From: Malacoraja senta
Taxonomy: Eukaryota
Length of the DNA stretch: 64,000 bases
Assembly: GCA_038087875.1 (NCBI GenBank)
Contig: CM075989.1
Coordinates: forward strand, 9,610,001 to 9,674,000
Direction of reading: 5' to 3'
The notes beneath the pieces are model-generated. The model was given only the letters and a program-made list of their open reading frames with translations, did no database searches and was not told the DNA's origin. Positions 39,693-52,249 of the stretch are shown in pieces. How positions within the stretch are numbered: position 1 is the stretch's first letter; each line of letters opens with the position of its first letter. Position numbers and translations under genes: made by a program.

Positions 39693-40240
39693 AGTCATTG
39701 TGGCATACAGAGTGGAATCAGGCCCTTCGGCCATGCCGACTAAGACTCCCCTTCTAACCTAGTCCCATTTACCCGCATTTGGCCCTTATCCCTCCGAACC
39801 TAGCCTAAGTCTGAAGAAGGGTTCCGACGTGAAACAACATTTATCCATGTTCTCCAGGGATGCTGCCTGATCTGCTGAGTTACTCCATGCACATGTCCAA
39901 ATATCTTTGAAATGTTGTTATTGTATCTGCCTCAACTACTTCCTCTGGCATCTCATGCCATGTACCCACCACTCACTGTGTGAAAAAGTAGCACCTTAGC
40001 TTCCTGTTAAATCCCATCTACTTCTTGATTTCCTTACCCTGGGTGAAAGACTGTGCATTCACCCTGTTTTATGTCTGTTATGATTTTATACATTTCTATA
40101 AGATCACTACTCAGCCTCTTGCACTCCAGGAATAAATTCCTAGCCTGCCCAGCGGCTCCCTACAACCCAGGCCCTCAAGTCCCGGCAACATCCTCGTAAA
40201 TCTTCTCTGCATCCTTTCCATCTTAACAACATAACTCACC
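39693..40240 (-). mobile_element. CR1 3' fragment with a nested Penelope mini-element (39808-39886, +)
   Basis: Homologous to 226-720; insert agtctgaagaagggttccgacgtgaaacaac...gctgagttactcc. Confidence 0.82.
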
Positions 40241-40354
40241 CAATGATACAAGTATTTGTGACTGAAGTGAGGCCCAGTATCATATTATAAATACTGGTAC
40301 CAGTAAATTTACTGAATGTTCAGTGCAGATGTTTTGGGTATATTGTTTCATTCA

Positions 40355-41249
40355 GGGGGCGCCGTCCTGTGTGGTATGGCTGCCCAGCCTGCAGCTGTCC
40401 GTTTTCATCTTTTTTTAATTTTTAGTTAGTTAGTTGTTTTGTTTTTAGGAGTTCTATTCTTTTTTATGTGGGGGGGGGGGGAGGGGGAAACTACTTTCTA
40501 GGGTCCATACCTGGTCGGAGAGGCAGCTTTTCTCCGGGCTGCACTTTCGACCTGTCCTCGCGGCCTACCAGCGGGCCTGGAGCGGCGTTTCCTGAGGGGA
40601 CCGCCCAGAACCTCGGCTTCGGCGGCGGCGCAGCGCTGGAGCGCTATCGCGGAGCGGAGCAGGCGATGCCTTGCCCGGGTCGCCGCGCTGGAACTCCGGT
40701 GAGCTGGGACTGCTGGTGAACATAGCGGAGCTGCAGGTCTGTGGAGCGGTCAGCTGCGGGACTGTGGAGCGGTCAGCTGCGGGACTGTGGAGCGGTCAGC
40801 TGCGGCCGGCGGCGCTGAACTTTACATCGGGAGCCTGGGATCTCGCGACAAGATCGCCAGTGGTGGAGCTCCATCGAGCGCGGCCTGTCGGCTTCGGAAG
40901 CCGCGGACTCCGGTAGGGAGACAGCCGTTCCAGGTGTCCCAAGCTGCTGAGAGGGTTCTCCCGACGCCGGAGCACCATCACCCAGCGAAGAAGGGCCTGT
41001 AACATCGGCCCCCGTAGCGGCGACTGTGGAGGCCTATATAGGCCAGACTATGGGTGGACAAGGGGATATGGACTGGACTTTGTGCCTTCCCCCACATGGG
41101 TATATTGTTTGTGGGATCCGTTGTGGGGGGATGTTTTTATGTTTTATGTTAAATTTCTTTAATGTTGTGTCTATTTGTGCTGCATGGCAAGAACAAATTT
41201 CACTACACCATTTGGTGTATGTGACAATAAATGTCCTTTGTCCTTTGTC
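40355..41249 (+). mobile_element. GC/CpG-rich non-autonomous retroelement with Rex1/Babar-type 3' tail
   Basis: Abrupt CpG-rich core 40500-41030, no protein homology recognised, tail caaatttcactacacc..ggtgtatgtgacAATAAAtgtcctttgtcctttgtc. Confidence 0.65.
40739..40805 (+). repeat. 23-bp minisatellite, about 3 copies
   Basis: ctgtggagcggtcagctgcggga at 40739, 40762 and 40785. Confidence 0.95.
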
Positions 41250-41825
41250 ATTAAATCTCTATTTTACATGTTATTTACCATAATCATTTGACCCTTCTTT
41301 GGCTCAAAAGGAACAAGTTCTTTGTTTTGAATTGGTTTTCAAAAATATATTTTGTTAATATGGTGGTTAAAATTTAAGCACGCTATAGAAATATTTTTTG
41401 ATTCAGCCAATATTCAGCTTTTCTTTTTTGCTGTGCTTAGTTATTGACCAGAGGTTTTATCTTTAAACAAAAAGGACATTTTATAAACCAGTATAGCCAC
41501 AGATTTAGTTCATCTCAAAAGCCCTGGAATGATGCAAGAAAAAAAAATTATAATCCTGTTCCAAATGTTCTTTAGTGAATCTTACTGGAAAGTGTGTGTA
41601 TATGTGTATATATTAATATAAAACAATACTGTACTGCAGATGCACTAAAGCTGAAACAAAATAGAATATCCTGGAAATATTCAGCAAGTTAGGTAGTGGG
41701 GAGAGAAAAAGATACTGTTAAATGTAGATGACCTTTTATTCTGATGACAGTTGGATCAGGCTATGCTGTGATGGAATTAGCAGTCGAATAGTATGTCAGC
41801 AAACATCATGTATGCTGACATACTG

Positions 41826-42100
41826 CTATAGGAAGTATGTCATTAAGCTGGAAAGCGTGCAGAGATTTATGAGGATGTTGTCAGGAGGGTCAGAGCTATA
41901 GGGAGAGGTTCGGCAGGCTAGGATTCCTCGGAGCGCAGGAAGCTGAGGGGTGATCTTATAGAGGTATATAAAATCATGAGGAGAATAGATAGGGTGAATG
42001 TACAGAGTCTTTTACCCAGAGTAGGGGGGCATTTTGGTCTGCATGGGCAAGTTGGCCCGAAGGGCCTGTTTCCATTACTGTATGACTCTGTGTGTCTATG
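41826..42100 (+). mobile_element. CR1 3' fragment, internally deleted
   Basis: IKLESVQR...RRKLRGDLIEVYKIMRRIDRV and tail ggcccgaagggcctgtttcc...gactctgtg. Confidence 0.82.
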
Positions 42101-43274
42101 TCAGCTCAGAAGTAAAGAATGGTAATTTGGTGAAGCCTTCCGAGTTGCGGGTGCACAACAATTATCATTGCCTACTGCGAAGGGCAAATGAAAAGATGAG
42201 AAACAGAAAAGGGACCTTTTTAAAACATTAGTGGTAACATATTTTCTCTAGACGTTATGAAAATGTGTACACAAATACTCATGTTATGCATAATCTGCAA
42301 ATTAACATTATTAATTAGAGAGGAAACAAACAATCTGATTTTGGAATTTGCCTCATTCTTGGAAACATTTTCTAAAATGAATCATTTGTGCACTCTGCTT
42401 TCAATTGTCACACTTCAACTGGTAACAGCTGACATAAATGAATTGACACTAACACGGTGTGTCTATTATCTCTCTACCTCAATTGTTGGAGCTACTTTGA
42501 TGGCAGTGACCTTGTCAGTCTTTTTTGCCTGTTACTCACCTATCTCAAGACAATTTTTCCTGCTGAAACCTTTGTCCTTGCCTACTCTACTCACTGTATC
42601 ACTCAAACTGCTTCAATAAAAAAAAACATCATGTTGAAGGGGCCCTCTGAGGAACAACTGACATGCCAATTAACAAAATACAACAAAGCCAAATTGTTCT
42701 GTGCACCTTACTCCGGAGACAATGACTTGTGACAAAAATTAAGGGGCACAGAATGAAAAAGGACTGTAAAGATAGGAGAGGCACAGGAGAGATTTACTGT
42801 CATATCTGATACTTTCAGTTAAATCAACTGCATTATTTGAATTTCTTTAGAAAAAAATAAATTAAACCAATCTTTGCATTACAGACTGGGAATAGATGGG
42901 AGAAATAAAAGCAGGAAAAAAAACAATGGACAAGAGAAACTATTAAGTAAGTAGCATCCTCCGTTGTCACAAGAGCTGAAATTACTGCTTGTAATAGGGA
43001 GGAACATACACTTAGGAGCCAACACCCAGAGCTGCTGACAGGAAAAGGGTCTTTACCTCGTGGTTACATATCTCGGGAAATCATAAATTGTGCGCAGGCA
43101 ATTCAATGAAGTTAGGCTTTCTATTAAGCAGTGTAAACTTTTACTGCATGGGTACCACATTTCTCACTCCACTACTCTAATAATCAACATATTTCAAATA
43201 AAATGTTAATGCCAGCAATAAATGGTATGAAAATGTTTGTACCAGTTTCATCCAAACAACGTCATTATTATTTT

Positions 43275-43469
43275 TGGAGTAATTCAGCGGGACAGGCAAC
43301 ATCTCTGGAGAGAAGGAATGGGCGAAGTTTCGGGTCGAGACTTCTTCAGACTCAAAACGAAACGTCGCCCATTCCTTCTCACCAGAGATGCTGCCTGTCC
43401 TGCTGAGTTAATCCAGCATTTTGTGTCTACCTACGATTTAAACCAGCATCTGCAGTTCTTTCCTACACA
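43275..43469. mobile_element. Palindromic Penelope-derived insertion (inverted pair) with 13-bp TSD
   Basis: TSD tcattattatttt at 43262-43274 and 43470-43482; minus copy 43275-43352 abuts plus copy 43358-43469. Confidence 0.9.
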
Positions 43470-43899
43470 TCATTATTATTTTGTCCTTTCTTAAGCTAAT
43501 TACATACTGTACAGTAGATTTCCAGTTATTATATACATATTTAAGCTTCTTAATTTTCTCCTAAAGCTGGTCGTGTCCAGTGAAATTATGCACTGGATGT
43601 GGCTGATAGGTTTGACACACTAAGGATTAGTTATTGGTACTTAGATGTAGATTGGTACTTAGATGTCGGACACCGGCAAAAGGAACAATTTGAGGTAATT
43701 GAGGGAATCAAACAAAAATGGTTTTAGGACAACATTAAAACGGATTGATTGAAGTAATTTTTTTCTGGATTGGTTTACTGGTTCCAATGAATCAAATAAA
43801 TCTGCTGGCAAAAGTAACTTAAACATATTATGGATCCCAGTGGATTATGTTTACACTTCCTCTCTGGGGCATCTTTAAGCATGTACCTGTGAGGATGAG

Positions 43900-46550
43900 A
43901 GATAAGAATGGCAAGGTTTGGGATGAGATATTGTAAATTCAGTGAAAAACAAAAAGGAAGCACATGTAAAAATTAGATGCTGAAATCAGACAATTCCTTG
44001 AGGAAGCAGGAAAAAACTTAAAGAAGAAATTAGGCGAGCTACAAAGAGGCCAGAAAATGTACTTGAAAGATAAGATTAAGGAGAATCTTAAAGTATTAAA
44101 TATGTACAGTGCCTTCCATAATGTTTGGGACAAAGACTCGTCATTTATTTATTTGCCTCTGTACTCTACAATTTGACATGTATAATTTTTTTTTAAATCA
44201 CATGTGGTTAATGTGCACATTGTCAAATTTTATTAAAGGGTATTTGTGTACATTTTGGTTTCACCTTGTAGAAATTACAGCTGTGTTTATACATAGTCCC
44301 CCCATTTCAGGGCACCATAATGTTTGGGACACATGGCTTCACAGGCGTTTGTAATTGCTCAGGTGTGTTTAATTGCCTCCGTAATGCAGGTATAAGAGAG
44401 CTCTCAGCACCTAGTCTTTCCTCCAGTCTTTCCATTACCTTTGGAAACTTTTATTGCTATTTATCAACATGAGGACCAAAGTTGTGCCAATGAAAGTCAA
44501 AGAGCCATTATGAGACTGAGAAACAAGAATAAAACTGTTGGAGACATCAGCCAAACCTTAGGCTTACCTAAATCAACTGTTTGGAACATCATTAACAAGT
44601 AAGAGAGCACTGGTGAGCTGACTAATCGCAAAGGGACTGGCAGGCCAAGGAAGACATCCACAGCTGATGACAGAAGAATTTGCTCTATAATAAAGAAAAA
44701 CCCACAAACACCTGTCTGACAGATCAGAAACACTCTTCAGGAGTCAGGTGTGGATTTGTCAATGACCACTGCCGCAGAAGACTTCATGGAAAGAAATACA
44801 GAGGCTACACTGCAAGATGCAAACCACTGGTTAGCCGCAACAATAGGATGGCTGGGTTACAGTTTGCCAAGAAGCACTTAAAAGAGCAAACACTGTTCTG
44901 GAAAAAGGTCTTATGGACAAATGAGATGAAGATTAACTTGTATCAGAGTGATGGCAAGAGCAAAGTATAGAGGAGAGAAGGAATTGCCCAAGATCCAAGG
45001 CATACCACGTCATCTGTGAAACACAGTGGTGGGGGTGAGCATGTATGGCTGCTGAAGGTACTGGTTCGCTTATCTTCATTGATGATACAACTGCTGATGG
45101 TAGTAGCATAATGAATTCTGAATGTATAGACACATCCTATCTGCTCAAGTTCAAACAAATGCCTCAAAACGCAATGGCCGGCGGTTCATTCTACAGCAAG
45201 TCAATGATCCCAAACATACTGCTAAAGCACAAAGGAGCTTTTCAAAGCTAAAAATTAGTCAATTCTTGAGTGACGAAGTAAATCACCCGATCTGAACCCA
45301 ATTGAGCATGTCTTTTATATGCTGAAGAGAAAGCTGAAGGGGACGAGCCCCCAAAACAAGCATAAGCTAAAAATGGCTGCAATACGGGCCTGGCAGAGCA
45401 TCACCAGAGAAGACACCCAGCAACTGGTGATGCCCATGAATCGCAGACTTCAAGCAGTCATTGCATGCAAAGGATATGCAACAAAATACTAAACATGACT
45501 ACTTTCATTTACATGACATTGCTGTGTCCCAAACATTATGATGCCCTGAAATGGGGGGAATATGTATAAACACTGCTGTAATTTCTACATGGTGAAACCA
45601 AAATGCATGAAAATACCCTTTAATAAAATCTGACAATGTGCACTTTAACCACATGTAAGTCTTTCTATTACAAATCTCAAATTGTGGAGTACAGAGGCAA
45701 ATAAATAAATTATGGGTCTTTGTCCCAAACATTATGGAGGGCACTGTATATTAGGAGCAAGAAGGTAGATAGGAATAGGAAAAATCTCCCTAAGGTTGTG
45801 GACGACAGAAATAGTGGTAGACTTGTGGATATTGAGGAAGGTTCTCAAAGGAACAGCATATAGATCATTTGGAAAAAAGGATGGAGAAATGGGAGATGGA
45901 GGTTAATTCCGACAAGGATGAGGTCAAATGTAAGGGGAAAGAATAGTAAACGACAGGACCCTTGGGAGCATTGATATACAGAGGAATATTTGGATACGTC
46001 CACAACTCTATGAAACACAAGTAGATAGAGTGGCAAAAAGGGCATCCAGTTTGTTTGCTTTGTTGGTTCAAGCATTGGGTATAAAATCGGCAATACGTGT
46101 TGCAAATGTAAAAAACTGATTTGGCCACGTGTGGAGGACGGTGTACAGTTCTGGTGCCACACTACAGGAAGTGTGGCGACTTTGGACAGGGAGCAGAAGG
46201 GGTTTATCAGGTTGTTGCCTCGGATTGGAGTGTATTAGGTCAAAGGTTGGACAAATTGTGATCGTTTTTTCTAGAGTGTCAATGGCTGAGGGGCAAACTG
46301 ATAAAGGTTTATAAAATTATGAGAGGGATACTAGTGATACATAGGATCTTTCTCCAAGGGTGGAAATGTAAAATTCTCAAGGGCATAGGTTTAAGGCGAG
46401 CGGGGGAAAGTTATAAAGAGATGTGTGAGAAAAGGTGTTTTTTTTTACCACAAAGAGTGGTAAGTTTCTGGAACACACCGTCAGGGGAGGTGGTAGAAGA
46501 TATGATAGCAACAATTAAGAGGCATTTCGGCAGATATGGGAATATGAGGC
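43900..46550 (+). mobile_element. Old CR1 ORF2 fragment split by a Tc1 insertion
   Basis: DKIKENLKVLNM-Y|IRSKKVDR reading frame rejoins across the Tc1; downstream VQFWCHYR and FLPQRVVSFWN residues. Confidence 0.75.
44107..45746 (+). mobile_element. Tc1-family (DD34E) DNA transposon, full length, decayed transposase (ATG 44469 to TAA 45492)
   Basis: TA|cagtgccttccataatgtttgggac ... gtcccaaacattatggagggcactg|TA; GRPRKT, ARCKPL, SPDLNPIEH, KGYATKY*; stops and frameshifts. Confidence 0.96.
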
Positions 46551-46972
46551 AAGTTGATACAATAGTATCTGCATTTGTCAAATTATCTGCATTTGTCAAT
46601 TTATTCTGAAAACATTGTAAAATTTGAAAAATAACAGAAGAATAATTTGACTTATCTTTAATGAGTAATCTGATAGCTAATATGCGCACACCGTGATTTT
46701 TAAGTATCCATTTTTTGTTAAAGTATTTCCGGATAATTTTTGTCCATCCTAGGAGATACTGAGAGGAGGGTATATGAAAAGGTTGTCAAGTGTAGTGTGA
46801 TTGACCCTGTGGATATGGGCTTTCATAACATTTTAATAAAATTATAGAGAACAATAATGCCAATCTAATTAACTGGATAGTAGCTACATGCAAATGAAAG
46901 TTGCAGATGAAGAGAAAACAGGATTTCCATTTGGAATGATGGGGAGTATAAAATCAAGTCAAGAGAGTTTAT

Positions 46973-48101
46973 AATACAATCATCCCCTCCAAGCTGGTTA
47001 TCAAACTCTCAGAACTGGGTCTCTGCGCATCCCTCTGCAATTGGATCCTTGACTTCCTCATTCACAGACCACAGACTGTTCGAATTGGTGGAAAAGTGTC
47101 AGCCTCGATAACAATCAGCACGGGAGCACCTCAAGGCTGCGTGCTCAGCCCCCTGCTGTACTCACTCTATACTCATGACTGCGTAGCCGGTCATAGTGCG
47201 AACTCCATCATCAAGTTCGCTGACGACACCACTGTTGTGGGACGTATCACTGATGGGGACGAGTCAGAGTATAGAAGTGAGATCAATCGACTGACCAATT
47301 GGTGCCAGCACAATAACCTGGCCCTCAACACCAGCAAAACCAAGGAACTGATTGTGGACTTTGGAAGGGGTAGGATGGGGACCCACAGTCCCGTTTATAT
47401 CAACGAGTCGATGGTGGAAAGGGTCAAGAGCTTCAAATTCCTGGGCGTGCACATCTCTGAAGATCTCTCCTGGTCCGAGAACACTGAAGCCATTATGAAG
47501 AAAGCACATCAGCGCCTCTACTTCCTGAGAAGATTACGGAGAGTCAGTACGTCAAGGAGGACTCTCTCTAACTTCTACAGGTGCACAGTAGAGAGCATGC
47601 TGACAGGTTGCATTGTGGCTTGGTTCGGCAGCTTGAGTGCCCAGGAGCGGAAGACTACAAAAAGTATTAACACTGCCCAGTCCATCATCGGCTCTGACCT
47701 CCCTACCATCGAGGGGATCTATCACAGTCGCTGCCTCAAAAAGGCTGGCAGTATCATCAAGGACCCACATCATCCTGGCCACACATTCATCTCCCCGTTA
47801 CCTTCAGGTAGAAGGTACAGGAGCCTGAAGACTGCAACGTCCAGGTTCAGAAACAGCTTCTTCCCTACAGCCATCAGGCTATTGAACTCAACTCAAACAA
47901 AACTCTGAACATTAATAGCCCATTATCTGTTTATTTGCACTTTATCTGTTTTATTTATTGATGTGTGTATATATTTATATAATGGTATATGGACACACTG
48001 ATCTGTTCTGTATTTATGCCTTCTATATTCTGTTGTGCTGAAGCAAAGCAAGAATTTCATTGTCCTATCTAGGACACATGACAATAAACTCTCTTGAATC
48101 T
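46973..48101 (+). mobile_element. Rex1/Babar LINE, 5'-truncated (RT C-terminal half + 3' UTR)
   Basis: NTIIPSKL...WILDFL...[20 protein letters not shown]...[10 protein letters not shown]...KTKELIVDF...LPSGRRYR; tail gacaataaactctcttga. Confidence 0.93.
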
Positions 48102-48697
48102 TGTCATGTGTCCCAGATAGGACAATGAAATTCTTGCTTGCTGCAGCACAACAGAATATTGTAGGCATAAATACAGGTCAGATCAGTGTGTCCATATACC
48201 ATAGAATATATATATACACACACATAAATAAACAGATAAAGTGCAATAGGCTGTTAAAGTTCAGAGTTTGTTTGAAGTTGTGTTTAACAGTCTGATGGCT
48301 GTGGGGAAGAAGCTGTTCCTGAACCTGGATGTTCCAGATTTCAGGCTCCTGTACCTTCTATCAGATGGCAGCAGATGAGTGTGTGGCCAGGATGGTGTGG
48401 GTCCTTGATGATGCTGGCAGTCTTTTTGAGGCAGCGACTGCGATAGATCCCCTCGATGGTAGGGAGGTCAGAGCTGATGATGTACTGGGCAGTGTTTTCC
48501 AACGTTTTGCAGCCTTTTCCACTCCTGGATGCTCAGGTTGCCGTACCAAGCCACGATGCAACCGGTCAGCATGCTGTGCACCTGTAGAAGTTCGAGAGAG
48601 TCCTCCTTGACATACCAACTCTCCGTAATCTTCTCAAGAAGTAGAGGCGCTGATGTGCTTTCTTTATGATTGCATCAGTGTTCTGGGACCAGGAGAT
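48102..48697 (-). mobile_element. Older antisense Rex1/Babar 3' fragment; its terminal 19 bp lie displaced at 46954-46972
   Basis: Reverse complement of about 47470-48083; tcaagtcaagagagtttat (46954-46972) joined to tgtcatgtgtcc (48102 onward) rebuilds the tail. Confidence 0.9.
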
Positions 48698-48699
48698 CG

Positions 48700-49000
48700 G
48701 CCCCTATCTCTTTCTGTTGCCACTTTCAGAGAGCTGTGGACTTGCAACCCAAGATCCCTCTGTGATCCCAATACTCTAAAGGGTCTTGCTATTTACTGTA
48801 CCTTTATCTTAATAAACTATTCATTCATTCATTCATTCATTCATTCATTCATCTTACATTTGCCCTCCTAGAATGCATTACCTCACGCTTGTCTGTCTTA
48901 AACTCCATCTGCCATTTCTACACCCAATTTCCAAATTATGTATATCCTGCTGTTTCTTTTGACAACCTTCCTCACTCTTCACAATTCTACCAATGGGGAT
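48700..49000 (-). mobile_element. CR1 RT fragment containing a (TTCA)n microsatellite at about 48820-48852
   Basis: Homologous to 830-1050 (WQMEFK.DKREVMH-like). Confidence 0.7.
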
Positions 49001-49524
49001 TTACCTTTTCCCTAACTATCCTCTTGCTCTTAATTTAAGACATTTCTCAAGATTCTCTATGAAATGATATTGGCGTTAAAACTATTTCAGCCTTAGATAT
49101 ATATTAACAACCATGGCCTTGAGAAGGATTCCAAAGATTGCAAGCAACATTTAAAAAAAAGTAGCCAACAGCAAGGAAGATATTAGCAGCTTTCAGGAGG
49201 ACATGGAGAAAGAATGGTAAAACATGACTGATAAAAATTAATTAAGGTGAGAATTAGTAAGGGAAAATAAACTATATGGTGCCTTTCTAAAGAGATGCAG
49301 AAACAAAGAACTAGGAGTGCATGTCCGCAAAGCTCTGAGGGTGATGTTTAATGGAAAAGTAGTATTTTGATCACGTAATTAAGGAAAAATAATTTCCAGT
49401 GATTAGGTTGATATCCACAACACTATCGAGTAAAAACATTTTCATATGAATTGCCATGATCTGGAATTGTAATACTGTGAATGAGACAAATACAATGGCA
49501 ACTTAAAAAAATATATATAATTTT

Positions 49525-49790
49525 GGAATGAGGATTTTCTGGCAACCATCACTTATTTCTCATCCCTAAACTGAGTGACTTATTGCGCATTTCAGAAATA
49601 AGTCAAAGTCAACATTGCAGCAAGTTAACAAGTGGGCTAGACTGAGTAGGACGATAGATTTCCTTCATTAAAGATCCAGAAAATATATATTTTTAATCCA
49701 ATTGTCATGTCAGTCTTTATTTTCAGATTTACTAAACTGAATTTAAATTTGTTGCAGGATTTGAATTATTAATTCAGGCCAATGGATTAT
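49525..49790. repeat. Ancient dispersed repeat, second copy at about 60470-60790
   Basis: Shared ctgagtg..catttcaga..agtcaa...atttc.ttc..taaag..atc motif string. Confidence 0.5.
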
Positions 49791-50119
49791 AAAGAGCACA
49801 ATGCTTCTGACCGCTTAGAAAGGAGTTCACCGACTAACAAACAATACAAATATGGCCTCATAAAAGCCGTACTACATTTTATCACCTCGTTATTTAAGAG
49901 CGGCATCCTTTCCCATAAATCCCAATGTTTTATTTACTTTTAAATACTGCAACACAAGTTCTAATGGCCTACTTATTGATCAAAATCTTCCAGTATCTCT
50001 CTTGCTTTTTTCAAAGGTCAAGCACATTACCATTTAGCATTTCATCAACAATCACAGTTCTCTGCTGAATATCAGAACTTTTCAGCTTCCCACACTGAAC
50101 TCCATCTGTCATTACCCCC

Positions 50120-50312
50120 TTCTTCCAGCACCACCCCATGTATCTCGCCCTTCCTTTTCCGGGAAACACCTATTTCTTCCCTCTCCCCTTTGCCATCCAC
50201 ATTCCTTCCTCTGACTTCATCATTTGCAACTCTTCAATCCTTTTATTTCACACCTGTTTTTTATCTGACAAGCTATATTGTAAACCAGCATCTACAGTTC
50301 CTTGTTTCTCCA
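50120..50312 (+). mobile_element. Penelope 3' region fragment
   Basis: Homologous to 14720-14850; ends tgtaaaccagcatctacagttccttgtttc. Confidence 0.7.
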
Positions 50313-52249
50313 TCTGCCATCACTCTGTCCAAAACCTTTCTAATTAAGTCTGCTTGAATTTTTGCAAACAGATTTTTGGCCACATCACTCAACTTGTTAA
50401 TAGTGACCGATATTTTGCATAAAGCTATGTGTGTTTTAAGGTATTTCCAGATTTGCACATGTAACTGCCCATGATTTTGTGCCCCAATTTCATTACACAT
50501 TTGGGATATCTTGGAATATCCAAAGAACACAGACTCATTGAAGATTAGTTTAGTTTATTGCAAAATAATTGCAGATTTCTATAAAAATTTCAAGATGGAT
50601 AGACTTCTGGTCAATATTAATTCAAGAGGTATAAACTGAAACAAGTGATATAGAGGAAATCAAAACAGCATTGTTTTTATTCATTTCAAATCTTTGCTGT
50701 TGACTGAAGACTGCTATATTATTTCAGTAGAATTACAGTATTGCAGAACTCAAGGGACAACATTATGGGGTTTTGTTCTAAAATCTAAGGCAGGCATTCC
50801 TCATAATATAGAAGATATACCAAATGGCTATACCTGCTAATACCTCCAAATGTAAACTGTAGACATGCAGTAGTGAATGGCTAGGCTTAATTATTTCAAT
50901 ATAATAAAAACAATGGGCTATTTAATATAACACTAAAATTACAATATATCCAAAACATAAACCAAAATTTACATCAGAAAGCATATTCAGCCTGAATAAT
51001 ACAGCATTGTTTCAAGTTTGAGCACATATGTGGAAATTATAATTTGTTAATAAGGGCTTGCCTTAGGTTCATAAACAGGCACTTACCATTAATTAGTATT
51101 TTAAATAAATGCTTCCTTTAATGTGATTTATGAAGGCAAGAAACGTGCTAAAAACAGCCACGGAAGGTGAACTTCTGGCTATTATTTGCCTCAGAACTGT
51201 AATCAATCTATTAGCCTGACGTACTGTAATTGCCTGATTTAATTTCAGAAGAATATGAATTTCAGTACCAGTGGACATAAATGTACAAAACAAAATTAAA
51301 TGGTGTAACTCAATAGAATAAATAACACTGAATTGCAGTTGGTTAGCTCTTTATCGAATCCTATTCGGGCATCTAAACTGCTATGTTTTGTCAGTTGAAT
51401 GGAACAGTATCACAGAATTACCATGTGCAATATACAGCATAAGTATGCACTAGAAATCAGTGAAGTAGTATTCTTTTAACTGAAAGGTTTAATGCCCTAC
51501 AATAAATTGAAACCTTAGAAACAAGTAAACTTGAGATACTCCTGAGATACCTGACATTTAAGCCGAGCAGTTCCTGTGAAGGCTTTAAATGATTGGTGGA
51601 CATGACTAATAATGCAAAATCCATGGGAAAGTTTCACGCAATTTGTTTATTTTCCCTTAAGATTAACACTATACACTGGCTGTATCCTGCATTGCAAATG
51701 CAAGCAAATATTTTTTCAACACTGAATGCTTAATTCAGACCAAATTAAGAAAATAATCCTCTCTGCTTCGAAACTAAACAAAACTGTTTGCAAACATGGT
51801 TGCCGCAAAAGTTCAGATCCAGTTTTTATATCTGGGCTGTCACCAAAATTGTTTATTTCCATTTCCATGCAAACTGCCTCAGTTCATTTGCTGCTGACAC
51901 CACAATCATCCATGCCTTTGTTACCTTTAGTCATCCAATTCCAAAATACTAATTTCCACAATTATATGATCATTCAAAACTCTGTTGCCTGACTTACACC
52001 AAATCTTGATGCCATGCTTGTTGCCGACTTCTCATGCATTGATTCCAAAATTTTGATTTTCAAATGCTTTTATGGACTTTGTTAAGCCCAAAGGTATGCA
52101 AAAAAAAAGAACAAATGATCTGTTTTTATATAGCATCTTACCACATTTCACAAGGAATCCCAAAATAACAAATCCTACACTGCAAGAATTCTGAATTTTT
52201 AGTGTGTCCAGATTCCCATTCTCGGATTGGAATCAGAAATCAAAAGATT

